Assembly: GCF_965233845.1 (NCBI RefSeq)
Contig: NZ_OZ247584.1
Span: forward strand, 1,755,914 to 1,819,913
DNA from: Flagellimonas sp.
GTDB taxonomy: Bacteria; Bacteroidota; Bacteroidia; Flavobacteriales; Flavobacteriaceae
Direction: 5' to 3'
Length of the DNA stretch: 64,000 bases
Every line of letters begins with the position of its first letter. Positions within the stretch are counted from its first letter, which is position 1. Made by a program: the position numbers and the translations under genes. The notes beneath the pieces were generated by a model that saw nothing but the letters and a program-made list of their open reading frames with translations, made no database searches and had not been told where the DNA came from. Shown piece after piece: positions 10,570 to 19,906 of this stretch.

Positions 10570-11169
10570 ATGGCGCCCTATCAGAATCTGGAAGAATATA
10601 ATATCGAAATTACCAACGAGGTCAAGGATCGTTTTGCCAAAATCATTGACGAGATTGGGGAGGATGTGCAACGGGACGGCCTCCAAAAAACTCCTGAACG
10701 AGCGGCCAAGGCCATGTTGTTTTTGACCCAGGGATATGGCCAGGATGCAGCGGAAATTTTGCGTAGCGCCATGTTTGAGGAGGATTATGACGATATGGTG
10801 ATCATCAAGGATATTGAAGTGTATTCCCTCTGTGAGCATCACATGCTTCCTTTCTTTGGAAAAGCCCATGTGGCCTACATCCCCAACGGGCATATAGTGG
10901 GATTGAGTAAAATACCCAGGGTAGTGGATGTCTTTGCCCGAAGACTGCAAGTACAGGAGCGGTTGACCCATGATATATTGGAGTGCCTGAACAACACTTT
11001 AAAACCAAAAGGTGTGGCCGTGGTGATAGAAGCAGCGCATATGTGCATGATGATGCGAGGGGTCCAAAAACAGAATTCCGTAACCACAACTTCAGGGTTC
11101 CGGGGACAATTTGAAAAGATTGAGACCCGCAATGAGTTCTTGAAACTCATCAGCTCGGATTTGTCATAG
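10570..11169 (+). CDS. folE: GTP cyclohydrolase I
   Basis: [20 protein letters not shown] motif. 199 aa. Confidence 0.9.
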   Translation: MAPYQNLEEYNIEITNEVKDRFAKIIDEIGEDVQRDGLQKTPERAAKAMLFLTQGYGQDAAEILRSAMFEEDYDDMVIIKDIEVYSLCEHHMLPFFGKAHVAYIPNGHIVGLSKIPRVVDVFARRLQVQERLTHDILECLNNTLKPKGVAVVIEAAHMCMMMRGVQKQNSVTTTSGFRGQFEKIETRNEFLKLISSDLS

Positions 11170-11208
11170 GGATTTCCCCATCTCATTTGGAATTGCTATT
11201 TTTCCGCA

Positions 11209-11490
11209 ATGGCAAAGGTGGAAGACCAAAAATATCAGCATTTACTTTTGGGATTATTGTTTGACGGTATTGGAATGCTGTCCTTCGCCATTCCGGGCAT
11301 CGGGGAATTTTCAGATGTCATTTGGGCCCCAGTGGCAGGTTGGCTCATGACCCGGATGTACAAAGGAAAAATTGGTCAAGTGGCCGGGGTGGTAACCTTT
11401 GTGGAAGAACTTATACCAGGCTTGGATATTGTCCCTTCCTTTACCTTGATGTGGCTTTATACCTATGTTTTTGCCAGGCTTAAAAAGTAA
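11209..11490 (+). CDS. Small membrane protein, hypothetical
   Basis: 93 aa with two or three hydrophobic segments. No family motif recognised. Confidence 0.5.
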   Translation: MAKVEDQKYQHLLLGLLFDGIGMLSFAIPGIGEFSDVIWAPVAGWLMTRMYKGKIGQVAGVVTFVEELIPGLDIVPSFTLMWLYTYVFARLKK

Positions 11491-11515
11491 CCACAGATTG
11501 ATCTGGGGTTCAGTA

Positions 11516-12391
11516 TCATTTGGTGGTATTGGAGTTCAAAAACCCATCCAATAGTTGATTGAATTTTTCCGGGTTTTCCCAAAACATAGCATGACTGGTA
11601 ATGGGAACGGTTTTAGCATTTGGGGCATGGGTGTGTAACCAATGGGAAGCATCATTGTACCAGTTATCCCTTACCATGTAGAGGGCTGGGATTTTACCAT
11701 CAATGCTTTTAACGATTTCATTGTAATCACTAATAAGTCCGTCAATGTAAAGGCTTAATGCCGCATATTTGGGAGTTTGAAGGGTTTCGGCGATCATCCA
11801 ATCTTCCACGGTTTTGGAAATTTCAGTTTCCAACATCCAATCCACAACAGCTTTGGCATAGCCTTCGGGGTCATTCAATAGATTTTTGAGACTTCCCCTG
11901 TAACCATCAAAAGTTCCATAGACCCATTCTGTTTCAGAATCGCCTATCCACTTTGGAGGCTCGTCAATAAAAACCAGTTGATCAAGACTCTTTGTACCAT
12001 ATTGCTGAACATACTCAAAAATAGTAGCGCATCCACTAGACCAACCAACCAATATGGCATTTTCAAGTTTCAATTCCGTAATCAAATGGTGTAAATCCTG
12101 GGCATGGACTTCATACGTATTCCCATTTTCAGTTTTGGTGGACTTGCCCTGACTCCTTGGATCATAGGAAACATATCGAAATTCTTTAGCGTAATGATCC
12201 TTCTGGTGCTTAAAAAATTCCGTGGTCATGGTCCAACCCGGTATAAAAATGACGGGCTGTCCATTTCCAACGTCTTCCACGAATAAATTCAAATCCTCAT
12301 TTGGCAGCTTAATAAAACTCTCTTGTGCAAAAAGCCAAGAAGAACCCAAGCTAAAGAGGATAATAACCAGATGTTTACAGGAATTCATCAT
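11516..12391 (-). CDS. Secreted alpha/beta hydrolase
   Basis: Signal peptide MMNSCKHLVIILFSLGSSWLFAQ. Nucleophile elbow GWSSG. The start was trimmed to the ATG at 12391, which overlaps the upstream stop in a different frame. Confidence 0.8.
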   Translation of the reverse strand: MMNSCKHLVIILFSLGSSWLFAQESFIKLPNEDLNLFVEDVGNGQPVIFIPGWTMTTEFFKHQKDHYAKEFRYVSYDPRSQGKSTKTENGNTYEVHAQDLHHLITELKLENAILVGWSSGCATIFEYVQQYGTKSLDQLVFIDEPPKWIGDSETEWVYGTFDGYRGSLKNLLNDPEGYAKAVVDWMLETEISKTVEDWMIAETLQTPKYAALSLYIDGLISDYNEIVKSIDGKIPALYMVRDNWYNDASHWLHTHAPNAKTVPITSHAMFWENPEKFNQLLDGFLNSNTTK

Positions 12392-13601
12392 GAACGAATT
12401 TAGGAATGGATTCTTTATACTGAATTTGAAGATAGTTGTGACCACCTGCTAATTTACCAAATCCCTCTGGTGTTATTTCAGGCTGGTCTGGCCCAATTAG
12501 CGTAGCTATATCTCCTACATCAACAGTTTTTTCTGGGCCAATGGCCAGATTGCAATGGCTGGCATTCACGTTGACCACGTTGTAAAGTGTATCGTTGATC
12601 AGTACTTTGGCACCGTTTTCGGCTCCGCTGTAGTATCCGTCGGCCCATCCAATGGGCAAGGTAGCAGTCCACTCATCAGCCTCTACTTTATAAAATCGGG
12701 AAAAACCAATGGTATCTCCTTTGCGCAGTTTTTCCATTCGAATCACCGGAGCTTTCAATCGATAGGCAAGTTGCAACGGCACATTTTTGGCTTGATCCAT
12801 TTTGGAAAGGGGATAAGTACCGTGCAATAATATGCCTGGCCTAACCGTATTAAAATGGGATTCTGGCAGATCCAAAAGTGATAGGGAAGGGGCCATATGT
12901 AATCTTGATGGTATGATCCCATTGTCCTTCAATTGACCAATAATATTGGAGAAGCGTTGAATTTGAGTCTGAGCAAAGTCCACTGGAGTGGTCAAGGTGC
13001 TAAATAGGCCAGTAATTTTGATGTTGGGTGTAGATGCCAATTCTTTGATCCAACCCACTCCTTTGGAGTATGGCATTCCCATCCTGCCTAAGCCGGTATC
13101 TATATATAATTCTACAAGAACCTCTTTATTACCTTGGGATGCGAGCTTTTTGATTTTGTTGCTGGATGCCAGGGAAAATGCGCTTAAGGTAATGGCATTA
13201 TTAACCAAATCCATTCCTAAATCCTCATTAAAATCCCCCATTAACAGTATAGGTTTGCTAACCCCATTTCCGCGCAGCGCAAGACAGCGTTCATCCTTTA
13301 CCAGTGCAAAACCTGCAATGTGTGTACTTTGATCTAAAATTTGAGCCACCTGAACATCACCCAAACCATAGGCATTGTTTTTTAAGACAGCCATAATAGG
13401 CTTGTTTTGTGCCATTTGGGAAATCAATTGTACGTTTTTCAAATAGGCATTCGAGGAGAGCTCAATCCAAGGATTGGTGGTTTGGCTTACCAAATTGCTC
13501 TCGCTAGGATGTAAAGTTTGCGCAAGTGAAAGATGATGCGAAAGGCCAATACCTACAGTAGCGAAGGCAGTATTTTTTAAAAATTTCCGTCGGGTTTTCA
13601 T
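12375..13601 (-). CDS. Tat-signal alanine-racemase-fold (PLP fold type III) protein
   Basis: Twin-arginine leader MKTRRKFLKNTAFATVGIGLS. PLP-lysine motif AVLKNNAYGLG and LPIGWADGY motif. An alternative ATG lies at 13625. Confidence 0.75.
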   Translation of the reverse strand: MKTRRKFLKNTAFATVGIGLSHHLSLAQTLHPSESNLVSQTTNPWIELSSNAYLKNVQLISQMAQNKPIMAVLKNNAYGLGDVQVAQILDQSTHIAGFALVKDERCLALRGNGVSKPILLMGDFNEDLGMDLVNNAITLSAFSLASSNKIKKLASQGNKEVLVELYIDTGLGRMGMPYSKGVGWIKELASTPNIKITGLFSTLTTPVDFAQTQIQRFSNIIGQLKDNGIIPSRLHMAPSLSLLDLPESHFNTVRPGILLHGTYPLSKMDQAKNVPLQLAYRLKAPVIRMEKLRKGDTIGFSRFYKVEADEWTATLPIGWADGYYSGAENGAKVLINDTLYNVVNVNASHCNLAIGPEKTVDVGDIATLIGPDQPEITPEGFGKLAGGHNYLQIQYKESIPKFVHDEFL

Positions 13602-13645
13602 TCTATTGAGTTTTATTGAGGGCATTAGAATCCTCCTACAACTAC

Positions 13646-15862
13646 TTAAAATTGCTTTAGGAGGGTAATCTTGCCAATGAATTGTCTAGTACTTTGCATC
13701 GGATCAAAAATGTCCGTTTGGGTATCGTTGAACACGAGATACACAAAAGAAAGCGGCATATATTCCCAGCTCAAACGCGCATTCCACCTTCCCTGCTCAT
13801 TAAAACTATTATACTGGTAAAAAGTGGAGAGTTGTACCCTGGGGTTCAAAGCCAACCGTAAATTAGCGGAATACAGATTTGTGGTTAGATTGGAGTCACC
13901 AATCCCCACATCTTTGATCGTATTATGCTCGTATTCCAATGCCAGTGCGGCATGGGGAATGGGGGCAAAGCGGGCAGCAGCATTTACGGTATTCCGGGTT
14001 CCGTTGTAAAAACTTCCAAAATTATATCCTAGGTCACCCGACCATTTTTTGGATTGGTCGGTGTTGTATTGCACCAAATAACGGGTGTAATAATAGTTGT
14101 CCTGAGCAATTTGGAGACCCAATGGAGCAAAATCAAAGTTGATATTTTGCCAGGTTGGCGTTGCTGAAACCTCAAAAAAACTATTGTCCTTGAACCAAGT
14201 AAAGATCGGAAATATGTACAAACTAGCCTGTTGAAACTGCGTAGGGTCTGTTGCATCATGCAAATAATTGACAAACATCCCGGGGTCCCACCGCCTGATC
14301 CAATCCATTTTTTTGGGTCTGACCACGAAATACCCGCCAGGATTATGTCTGATCACATTGGTTTGACGAACAAAACCCATTCTTGGATTGTAATTGGCAT
14401 CTGTATATTCTGTTACCCATCCATAGTAGAATTTATTGGAGTCATTGCCTGCAAAAAACCGCCCTGCGAAGCCGGTTTCCCCGGTTTCCTCGTCTATGGA
14501 TGTGGATAGGATATACTGAATATCCCATTGACTTGTGGGGCGTATTTGTCCGTCTACAGTGAGGGTGGTATTGTTATTACTTTCCAAATTCAGGTCATCA
14601 TGTTCGTTATCCAAGCGATGTGTGACCATAACCCCAACATTGTTTTCCCTACCGTAATTCCTGAGATAACGGAATACTCCAAAATTTGCTCCCGCGGAAC
14701 CATCCGTTTCCCTTTGACGTACGAACAATCCGGCCAAGGCATTTTTTTCGGTACGCTGGGTAAAACGTGCGCCAACATCAATGGGTGCCGGGGTGGCATT
14801 AAAGTTCCCCTGAAGTCCAATACGTCGGCTAAAAAATGGCCTTATGGATTGTTGCAATCCACCAGCCCAGATTCCCGAATTTTCCAAAAAGAACTGTCGC
14901 CGTTCTGGAAAAAAGATATTGAAACGTTCCAAGTTGTTTACCGCTCTGTCCACATCTGCTTGGGCAAAATCGGTATTTACCGTTAAATCCAATACGGTTT
15001 TGGGATTCATGGCCCATTTGACATCAAAACCCAACTTGGGATCACTGGCTTTGGACGTTAGAACATCTCCTTCCTTGTTTTCATCATACTGGTACAAGGT
15101 ATAGGGCTCCACCCTAATATTGGCAGAGGGAGGTGGAACTTCAATATCCGTCAATTTAGCGGCATAGGTCATTCTATAGGGGGTGAATGACTGTGGGATA
15201 GCTGGAAAAGTGGATACTTCCACTTCCCTACGGGCATAACGAACCATGGTCATTCCCAACTCGATGGTATTCCCATTTTCCGGGAGGTTGTATCGAAGTG
15301 ATTTAAACGGAATTGCCATTTCCACCGTAAATCCTTGATCTGTACGTTGCGTTCGAACCCTCCAAAGGGTATTCCAGCCTGTATCAAAATTGTTCCCATT
15401 AAAATTTTGGAAATCCCTTTGGTTCCCATAAGGTGTGGTCTGAAATCCTTGGGCATATTGTTTCAGGTTTTGGGGATCCAAGGCAACTCCAAAGATATCG
15501 TTCTCCCCCCAACTAAAATCCCGACGCAAATCCTGAATCCGAATTCCTGGAATTCCCAGGGAATCCTTACAAAATGCGGATACATATAGATTTTTGTCAT
15601 CATAAAGGAATTTCACCAAGGTTTTATAGGTGACCTTGCCTCCCTGTCTGGGTTCAATGCGAAAAAAATCATCCGCCAGTTCAACCTTATCCCATGCGGG
15701 TTCATCCAAACGACCATCAATCTGGATAGGGGACGCAGCCCTAGAAACTGAAATTTCCATGGGTACTTCCGGTGGGGGAAAATTCTCTGCATTCTCTTCC
15801 TGGGCTTGGATGCCATGTACGCATAGGAGCCAAGAAAAAATCAAAATATAATATGCTCTCAT
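13646..15862 (-). CDS. Outer-membrane-type protein with an N-terminal CBM9-like domain (DUF5916-like, from recollection)
   Basis: Signal peptide MRAYYILIFSWLLCVHGIQAQ. Aromatic-rich sequence with alternating beta-strand pattern, ending in ...LLKQF (C-terminal Phe). The start was trimmed to 15862, just after the upstream stop at 15864. Confidence 0.65.
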   Translation of the reverse strand: MRAYYILIFSWLLCVHGIQAQEENAENFPPPEVPMEISVSRAASPIQIDGRLDEPAWDKVELADDFFRIEPRQGGKVTYKTLVKFLYDDKNLYVSAFCKDSLGIPGIRIQDLRRDFSWGENDIFGVALDPQNLKQYAQGFQTTPYGNQRDFQNFNGNNFDTGWNTLWRVRTQRTDQGFTVEMAIPFKSLRYNLPENGNTIELGMTMVRYARREVEVSTFPAIPQSFTPYRMTYAAKLTDIEVPPPSANIRVEPYTLYQYDENKEGDVLTSKASDPKLGFDVKWAMNPKTVLDLTVNTDFAQADVDRAVNNLERFNIFFPERRQFFLENSGIWAGGLQQSIRPFFSRRIGLQGNFNATPAPIDVGARFTQRTEKNALAGLFVRQRETDGSAGANFGVFRYLRNYGRENNVGVMVTHRLDNEHDDLNLESNNNTTLTVDGQIRPTSQWDIQYILSTSIDEETGETGFAGRFFAGNDSNKFYYGWVTEYTDANYNPRMGFVRQTNVIRHNPGGYFVVRPKKMDWIRRWDPGMFVNYLHDATDPTQFQQASLYIFPIFTWFKDNSFFEVSATPTWQNINFDFAPLGLQIAQDNYYYTRYLVQYNTDQSKKWSGDLGYNFGSFYNGTRNTVNAAARFAPIPHAALALEYEHNTIKDVGIGDSNLTTNLYSANLRLALNPRVQLSTFYQYNSFNEQGRWNARLSWEYMPLSFVYLVFNDTQTDIFDPMQSTRQFIGKITLLKQF

Positions 15863-15863
15863 G

Positions 15864-17291
15864 CTATGGTGTAATGATGTTTTTACTGGATTGATACCCC
15901 ATTCCTTTTGCAAACCCCAGCGCTACCAATCCCAATGCAATCACTACAAGTACCAATATGCTTTTTGTGGTGCTATCGGATTCCAATGATACATATTCAA
16001 AGACGGGTAGATTTTTGTAATCTTCACTGGAAAAGGGTTGATTGTTATAGAGGAAAGGCAATAAATGCTGCCGCCAAGTTTCTGCAAAGGCCGTTACTTG
16101 CTTTCTATAATTTTCATAATCCCTTGTAGAAGTTCCTGCCAATGCGTTGAGTTCCTGCTGCACAATAATGGCAGGGGATACCCATTTGAGTTGGGAAATC
16201 CATTGTTGCTGATTCTGTAATTGACCTTCAAACTTTTGAATTACGGGTTGCAACTCTTCCCGTACCAATTGTTGGGATGCCATATACCGATGATAAAAAC
16301 TTCGGCCCTGGTTGGGGTCGTTGATGGCATATTCTGGATGATCCCTTAAAAAGTTATCCAGGATTTCATCTTGTTTCTTTGTAGCATCCTCCTTGGCATT
16401 TCTCAATTGATTAATCATCAGGGTACGGGAGGGCATAGGGTAAAGTGTACTGCCCATCTGATTCAATGTGGATGGGATCAGCAAAACAAATAGCAGCCAT
16501 AAGCCTATAAGAGCTATAGCGTTTTTCGCTGAACTTCCTACCCAAAGGTTGACTACGAACGCCACAGCAAACCAAAACAGAACGTATCCCACGGTCACAC
16601 CCAACACGGGTAAAAGATCAGCTAAGTTGCTATCATTGCCATTGATATAGAATACAATTGTGAGTATAACACCAATCATTACAATGATCCAAAACAGACG
16701 TATGACCATTTTTTGCAGTACCCATGACGCCAACGAAATGGGCTGGGAAGCCAAAAGCCTCAACGTTCCACTTTCCCGTTCTGAAGAAAGGACATTATAG
16801 GTAAATGCAATGATGATCAAGGGCAACAAGAAAATAATGACAAAGGCAGGATCAAAACTGCCAAACAACTGCTGAACGGGATTAGTGATTTCCGTGAAAT
16901 TAAGGGCTAGATCATCACCAGAGGTCTTTGGTTTTACGTAGTGCGTAAATAAATCACTTTGTCCCGTGGAGATATAAGCTAAATTGGAAGGATCCATAGC
17001 AGCAACACGTGGATGATAATTACCAACCGCCATAGGTTTGGATGGAATGGTCCAAGGCGAAGCAGAGACCTCCATACCACGTTCTATGGAGTCCAATAAT
17101 ATTAGCATTTCCTGATCGGTTTCCTTTACCTCCTGATGGGCCGCCAGAATATCCAATTTTCTCTTGTCCACTTTTTCGTGGCCGTTGTAAAAGGCAAAAA
17201 AGAACAACGCAAAAAGGAGGAGGCTCAGCAATTGGATCCAACCATTTCGAAGAAGCCCTTTTAGCTCATATATAAAATTAAACTTGTACAT
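15864..17291 (-). CDS. ABC-2-type transporter permease with large extracytoplasmic domains (DUF3526-like, from recollection)
   Basis: N-terminal TM, a roughly 110-aa loop, a cluster of TM helices, a roughly 150-aa soluble domain and a terminal TM. Two nt downstream of its paralogue. Confidence 0.7.
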   Translation of the reverse strand: MYKFNFIYELKGLLRNGWIQLLSLLLFALFFFAFYNGHEKVDKRKLDILAAHQEVKETDQEMLILLDSIERGMEVSASPWTIPSKPMAVGNYHPRVAAMDPSNLAYISTGQSDLFTHYVKPKTSGDDLALNFTEITNPVQQLFGSFDPAFVIIFLLPLIIIAFTYNVLSSERESGTLRLLASQPISLASWVLQKMVIRLFWIIVMIGVILTIVFYINGNDSNLADLLPVLGVTVGYVLFWFAVAFVVNLWVGSSAKNAIALIGLWLLFVLLIPSTLNQMGSTLYPMPSRTLMINQLRNAKEDATKKQDEILDNFLRDHPEYAINDPNQGRSFYHRYMASQQLVREELQPVIQKFEGQLQNQQQWISQLKWVSPAIIVQQELNALAGTSTRDYENYRKQVTAFAETWRQHLLPFLYNNQPFSSEDYKNLPVFEYVSLESDSTTKSILVLVVIALGLVALGFAKGMGYQSSKNIITP

Positions 17292-17293
17292 CG

Positions 17294-18700
17294 CTATAAT
17301 TTTTTAGTGGTGAGAAACAGAAGGGAAAATGAACCCAATATCCAGACAGATAAAATGGCCGAGTTGGAAGAATTCCTTGAAAGGGTTTCGGAAAGCTCAG
17401 GAGGATCATAGTCAAATACAGGCATTTCTTTCCAGGTGGATTCATCTGCCCTGTAGCTCCATTCTCCATAAGAGGAATTTTCGGCAAAATTACCATTGAG
17501 GAAGGCCTGCAGGTCTACCCGATATGTTTCTGCCGCATCAGCAAAGTCCCAGTGGGTGGCATAATCTGTATTTGCAACGGCCATACTCATAAATCGTGCA
17601 GGTAAAAAAGGCGATAACACGGCCAGGTTGCGGTACAATTTGGACTGTTGCTCAAATTGTGTTTTTAAATGCTTATAATGCTTAAAATAGATTTCAGCGG
17701 TATGTTCCTCCCCTTTCTGCATCCGATAGGCGTCAAAATTGAATGGAAGTTGTTCCAAACTATCCACATTATGCTGCTTTAAGACTTCATCTTCCAGCAT
17801 TTTAGCCTGTTTGTTCCATGGATCATGACCGTCAATTCCACTTTTTTGATCCTTGGTTATGCTCGCAGCGAATTCTTGTCTAGTAGGGTAGGGATATTGG
17901 GATTCTGCCATATTGCTAGCGGCCTTCGGAACTGCCAAACAAGCTAATATCCAGACCCCTAGAGATAATACAAGAGAGATTCCCGATTTCTTCATTTTAG
18001 AGGAAATGAACAGGACCAAATTGATGAATATCATATAATAGACCATATACACTAGCAACATAACCCCCAAAGATTCCCAGCTAAACACACCAAAATCCTT
18101 AAGATTGGACAGGACAATTCCAGCTACCATAAAAAGTAGTGCTACAACGAGGAAAATAGGAGTGAAAATAGCCAACCACTTTCCAAAAATCAGTTTCCAG
18201 ACTGGAGTTCCCTGACTTTTCAAAAGCACCAAGGTTCCCATTTCCTTTTCTTTGGTGAAGGCGTTGTATCCAAGAAATACGATCAACAAAGGAAGAATAA
18301 ACAAGAGCACAAAATCGGGCGTTAAGTCGCCAAATCGGGCCAATCCAGTTTGATCTGCGGCTTGGCTAAATTGGGCTTCGTTACGTTTATGTGCCTCCAA
18401 GAAAATGGAGGTTCCAGTAAATTTATCAACCCCATGATCCACAAGGGAAAGCGGATATTTGGGTTTAAAGGCATAAGTGCCATAGTGGGCGGCGGAATGT
18501 GGGTTTTTTTCTCCTTGACCTTCCCAAATGTGACGCTCAGCGGTTTCGGCTTCCTTATATTGTTCGTTGATTGTTGTGTACTGGCTCTTACTGATCCAAG
18601 TGGCTACCGCCATCAATAGCACTACAATTAGAAAACTAATTCTGACTCTTCCGTCCCGAGACAACTCCTTAAGTTCTTTTAGAAATGTACTGCGTATCAT
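17294..18700 (-). CDS. ABC-2-type transporter permease with large extracytoplasmic domains (paralogue of 15864-17291)
   Basis: Same topology as its neighbour. Its start overlaps the ATPase stop by 4 nt. Confidence 0.7.
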   Translation of the reverse strand: MIRSTFLKELKELSRDGRVRISFLIVVLLMAVATWISKSQYTTINEQYKEAETAERHIWEGQGEKNPHSAAHYGTYAFKPKYPLSLVDHGVDKFTGTSIFLEAHKRNEAQFSQAADQTGLARFGDLTPDFVLLFILPLLIVFLGYNAFTKEKEMGTLVLLKSQGTPVWKLIFGKWLAIFTPIFLVVALLFMVAGIVLSNLKDFGVFSWESLGVMLLVYMVYYMIFINLVLFISSKMKKSGISLVLSLGVWILACLAVPKAASNMAESQYPYPTRQEFAASITKDQKSGIDGHDPWNKQAKMLEDEVLKQHNVDSLEQLPFNFDAYRMQKGEEHTAEIYFKHYKHLKTQFEQQSKLYRNLAVLSPFLPARFMSMAVANTDYATHWDFADAAETYRVDLQAFLNGNFAENSSYGEWSYRADESTWKEMPVFDYDPPELSETLSRNSSNSAILSVWILGSFSLLFLTTKKL

Positions 18701-19413
18701 ACTACTGCCTCTTTGTAGTCCATGGTTTCCAAGTATGCATGTTCCAAATCACTTAGGGATATCTCATCGGCCACAAATTCCTGCTTCAATTGGCCATTTT
18801 TCATAATACCAATGTGCGTGGCAATTTCTTTTGCCCTAAATAGATCATGGGTGGCCATGAGAATGGCTACGCCCTTGCTTCGTAACTTTTGGAGCAGCAA
18901 ACCAAATTCGTTGCTTGCTTTGGGGTCTAAGCCCGAGGTAGGCTCATCAAGTAACAACACGCTGGCATTTTTGGCCAGAGCCAGGGCTATGCCCACTTTT
19001 TGTCGCATTCCTTTGGAAAAGGTTGAAATTCGTTGGTGGAAGGCACTGGTTTGAAGTCCAGCCTCTTCCAAAAAAGCCTCCAATTTGGCTTTATTCAATT
19101 GGTTTCCGCCAATACCGGAGAAGTAATCCAAGTTCTCAACTGCGGTCAGGTTGGGATATAGCATAAGATTTTCAGGGATGTAGGCAAGATGCTTTTTAGT
19201 CTTTTTTGGGTTTTCGGAAACAGCAAGACCATTGATAAAGCAGCTACCGGATGTGGGCTTGATAAAACCCAGTAACAGGTTGATAGTGGTAGTTTTACCG
19301 GCACCATTGGCTCCTAACAAACAGTATAGGTCACCGGCTTTGATGTTTAGATTGAGATTGTCCAGTACAGTAGCATCACCATAAACCTTGGAGAGATTGT
19401 TGGTCGTAATCAT
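18697..19413 (-). CDS. ABC transporter ATP-binding protein (ABC-2 subfamily type)
   Basis: Walker A GANGAGKTT, degenerate signature FSKGMRQK, Walker B LLLDEPTSGLD. Confidence 0.9.
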   Translation of the reverse strand: MITTNNLSKVYGDATVLDNLNLNIKAGDLYCLLGANGAGKTTTINLLLGFIKPTSGSCFINGLAVSENPKKTKKHLAYIPENLMLYPNLTAVENLDYFSGIGGNQLNKAKLEAFLEEAGLQTSAFHQRISTFSKGMRQKVGIALALAKNASVLLLDEPTSGLDPKASNEFGLLLQKLRSKGVAILMATHDLFRAKEIATHIGIMKNGQLKQEFVADEISLSDLEHAYLETMDYKEAVV

Positions 19414-19519
19414 TTTGAGTTGTTTTTTGATTTGAAGTGTATATGCAATCGCACCCTCAAAATCGTTTTTGACTTCGAAGTGTAAAGAACCAGGGCCAAA
19501 TCCTGATGGAAAGGCCTAT

Positions 19520-19861
19520 TTAGATAAGGGAGATACGGGGAGAGGGAGGACCCCGTCTATAGTTGGTATAATGCCCAACAATTGAAGAGAGTTGGCTTTT
19601 GGATTCTGGAACCCGAAAGCACAGGGAACCGTGGTCTGGGGAATAGGTTTCTGCGGTGTGAACCGCCGGAGTGGGGTTCAATTTTGCGCAGATGTCACAT
19701 GCATCTTCGCTACTGCTAACCCATTCATCGCTATTGGCTTGGTCCTGTTCAAAATCATTTGCATGAAAAATAAACATATGGTAAGCACCAAACAGCTGCT
19801 GTATGGCTAATACAGCAACCATTAAAGTGCTTAAGACCGTATGTCTAAATTCTTTATTCAT
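19520..19861 (-). CDS. Small membrane-anchored Cys/His protein (paralogue of 22982-23284)
   Basis: N-terminal hydrophobic anchor, YHMFIFH, an acidic stretch, CDIC and a C-terminal HYTNYRRGPPSP. The order of elements matches the 100-aa protein. Confidence 0.6.
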   Translation of the reverse strand: MNKEFRHTVLSTLMVAVLAIQQLFGAYHMFIFHANDFEQDQANSDEWVSSSEDACDICAKLNPTPAVHTAETYSPDHGSLCFRVPESKSQLSSIVGHYTNYRRGPPSPRISLI

Positions 19862-19883
19862 GAAATAATTATGCTATTTACAG

Positions 19884-19906
19884 CACCTTGATTTTGAAAT
19901 CAGGTG
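19884..19906 (-). terminator. Stem-loop immediately after the lipoprotein stop codon (possible partial terminator or mRNA-stability element)
   Basis: CACCT(T)GATTT / AAATCAGGTG form a stem of about 10 bp with a 1-nt bulge. No U-tract follows. Confidence 0.3.
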
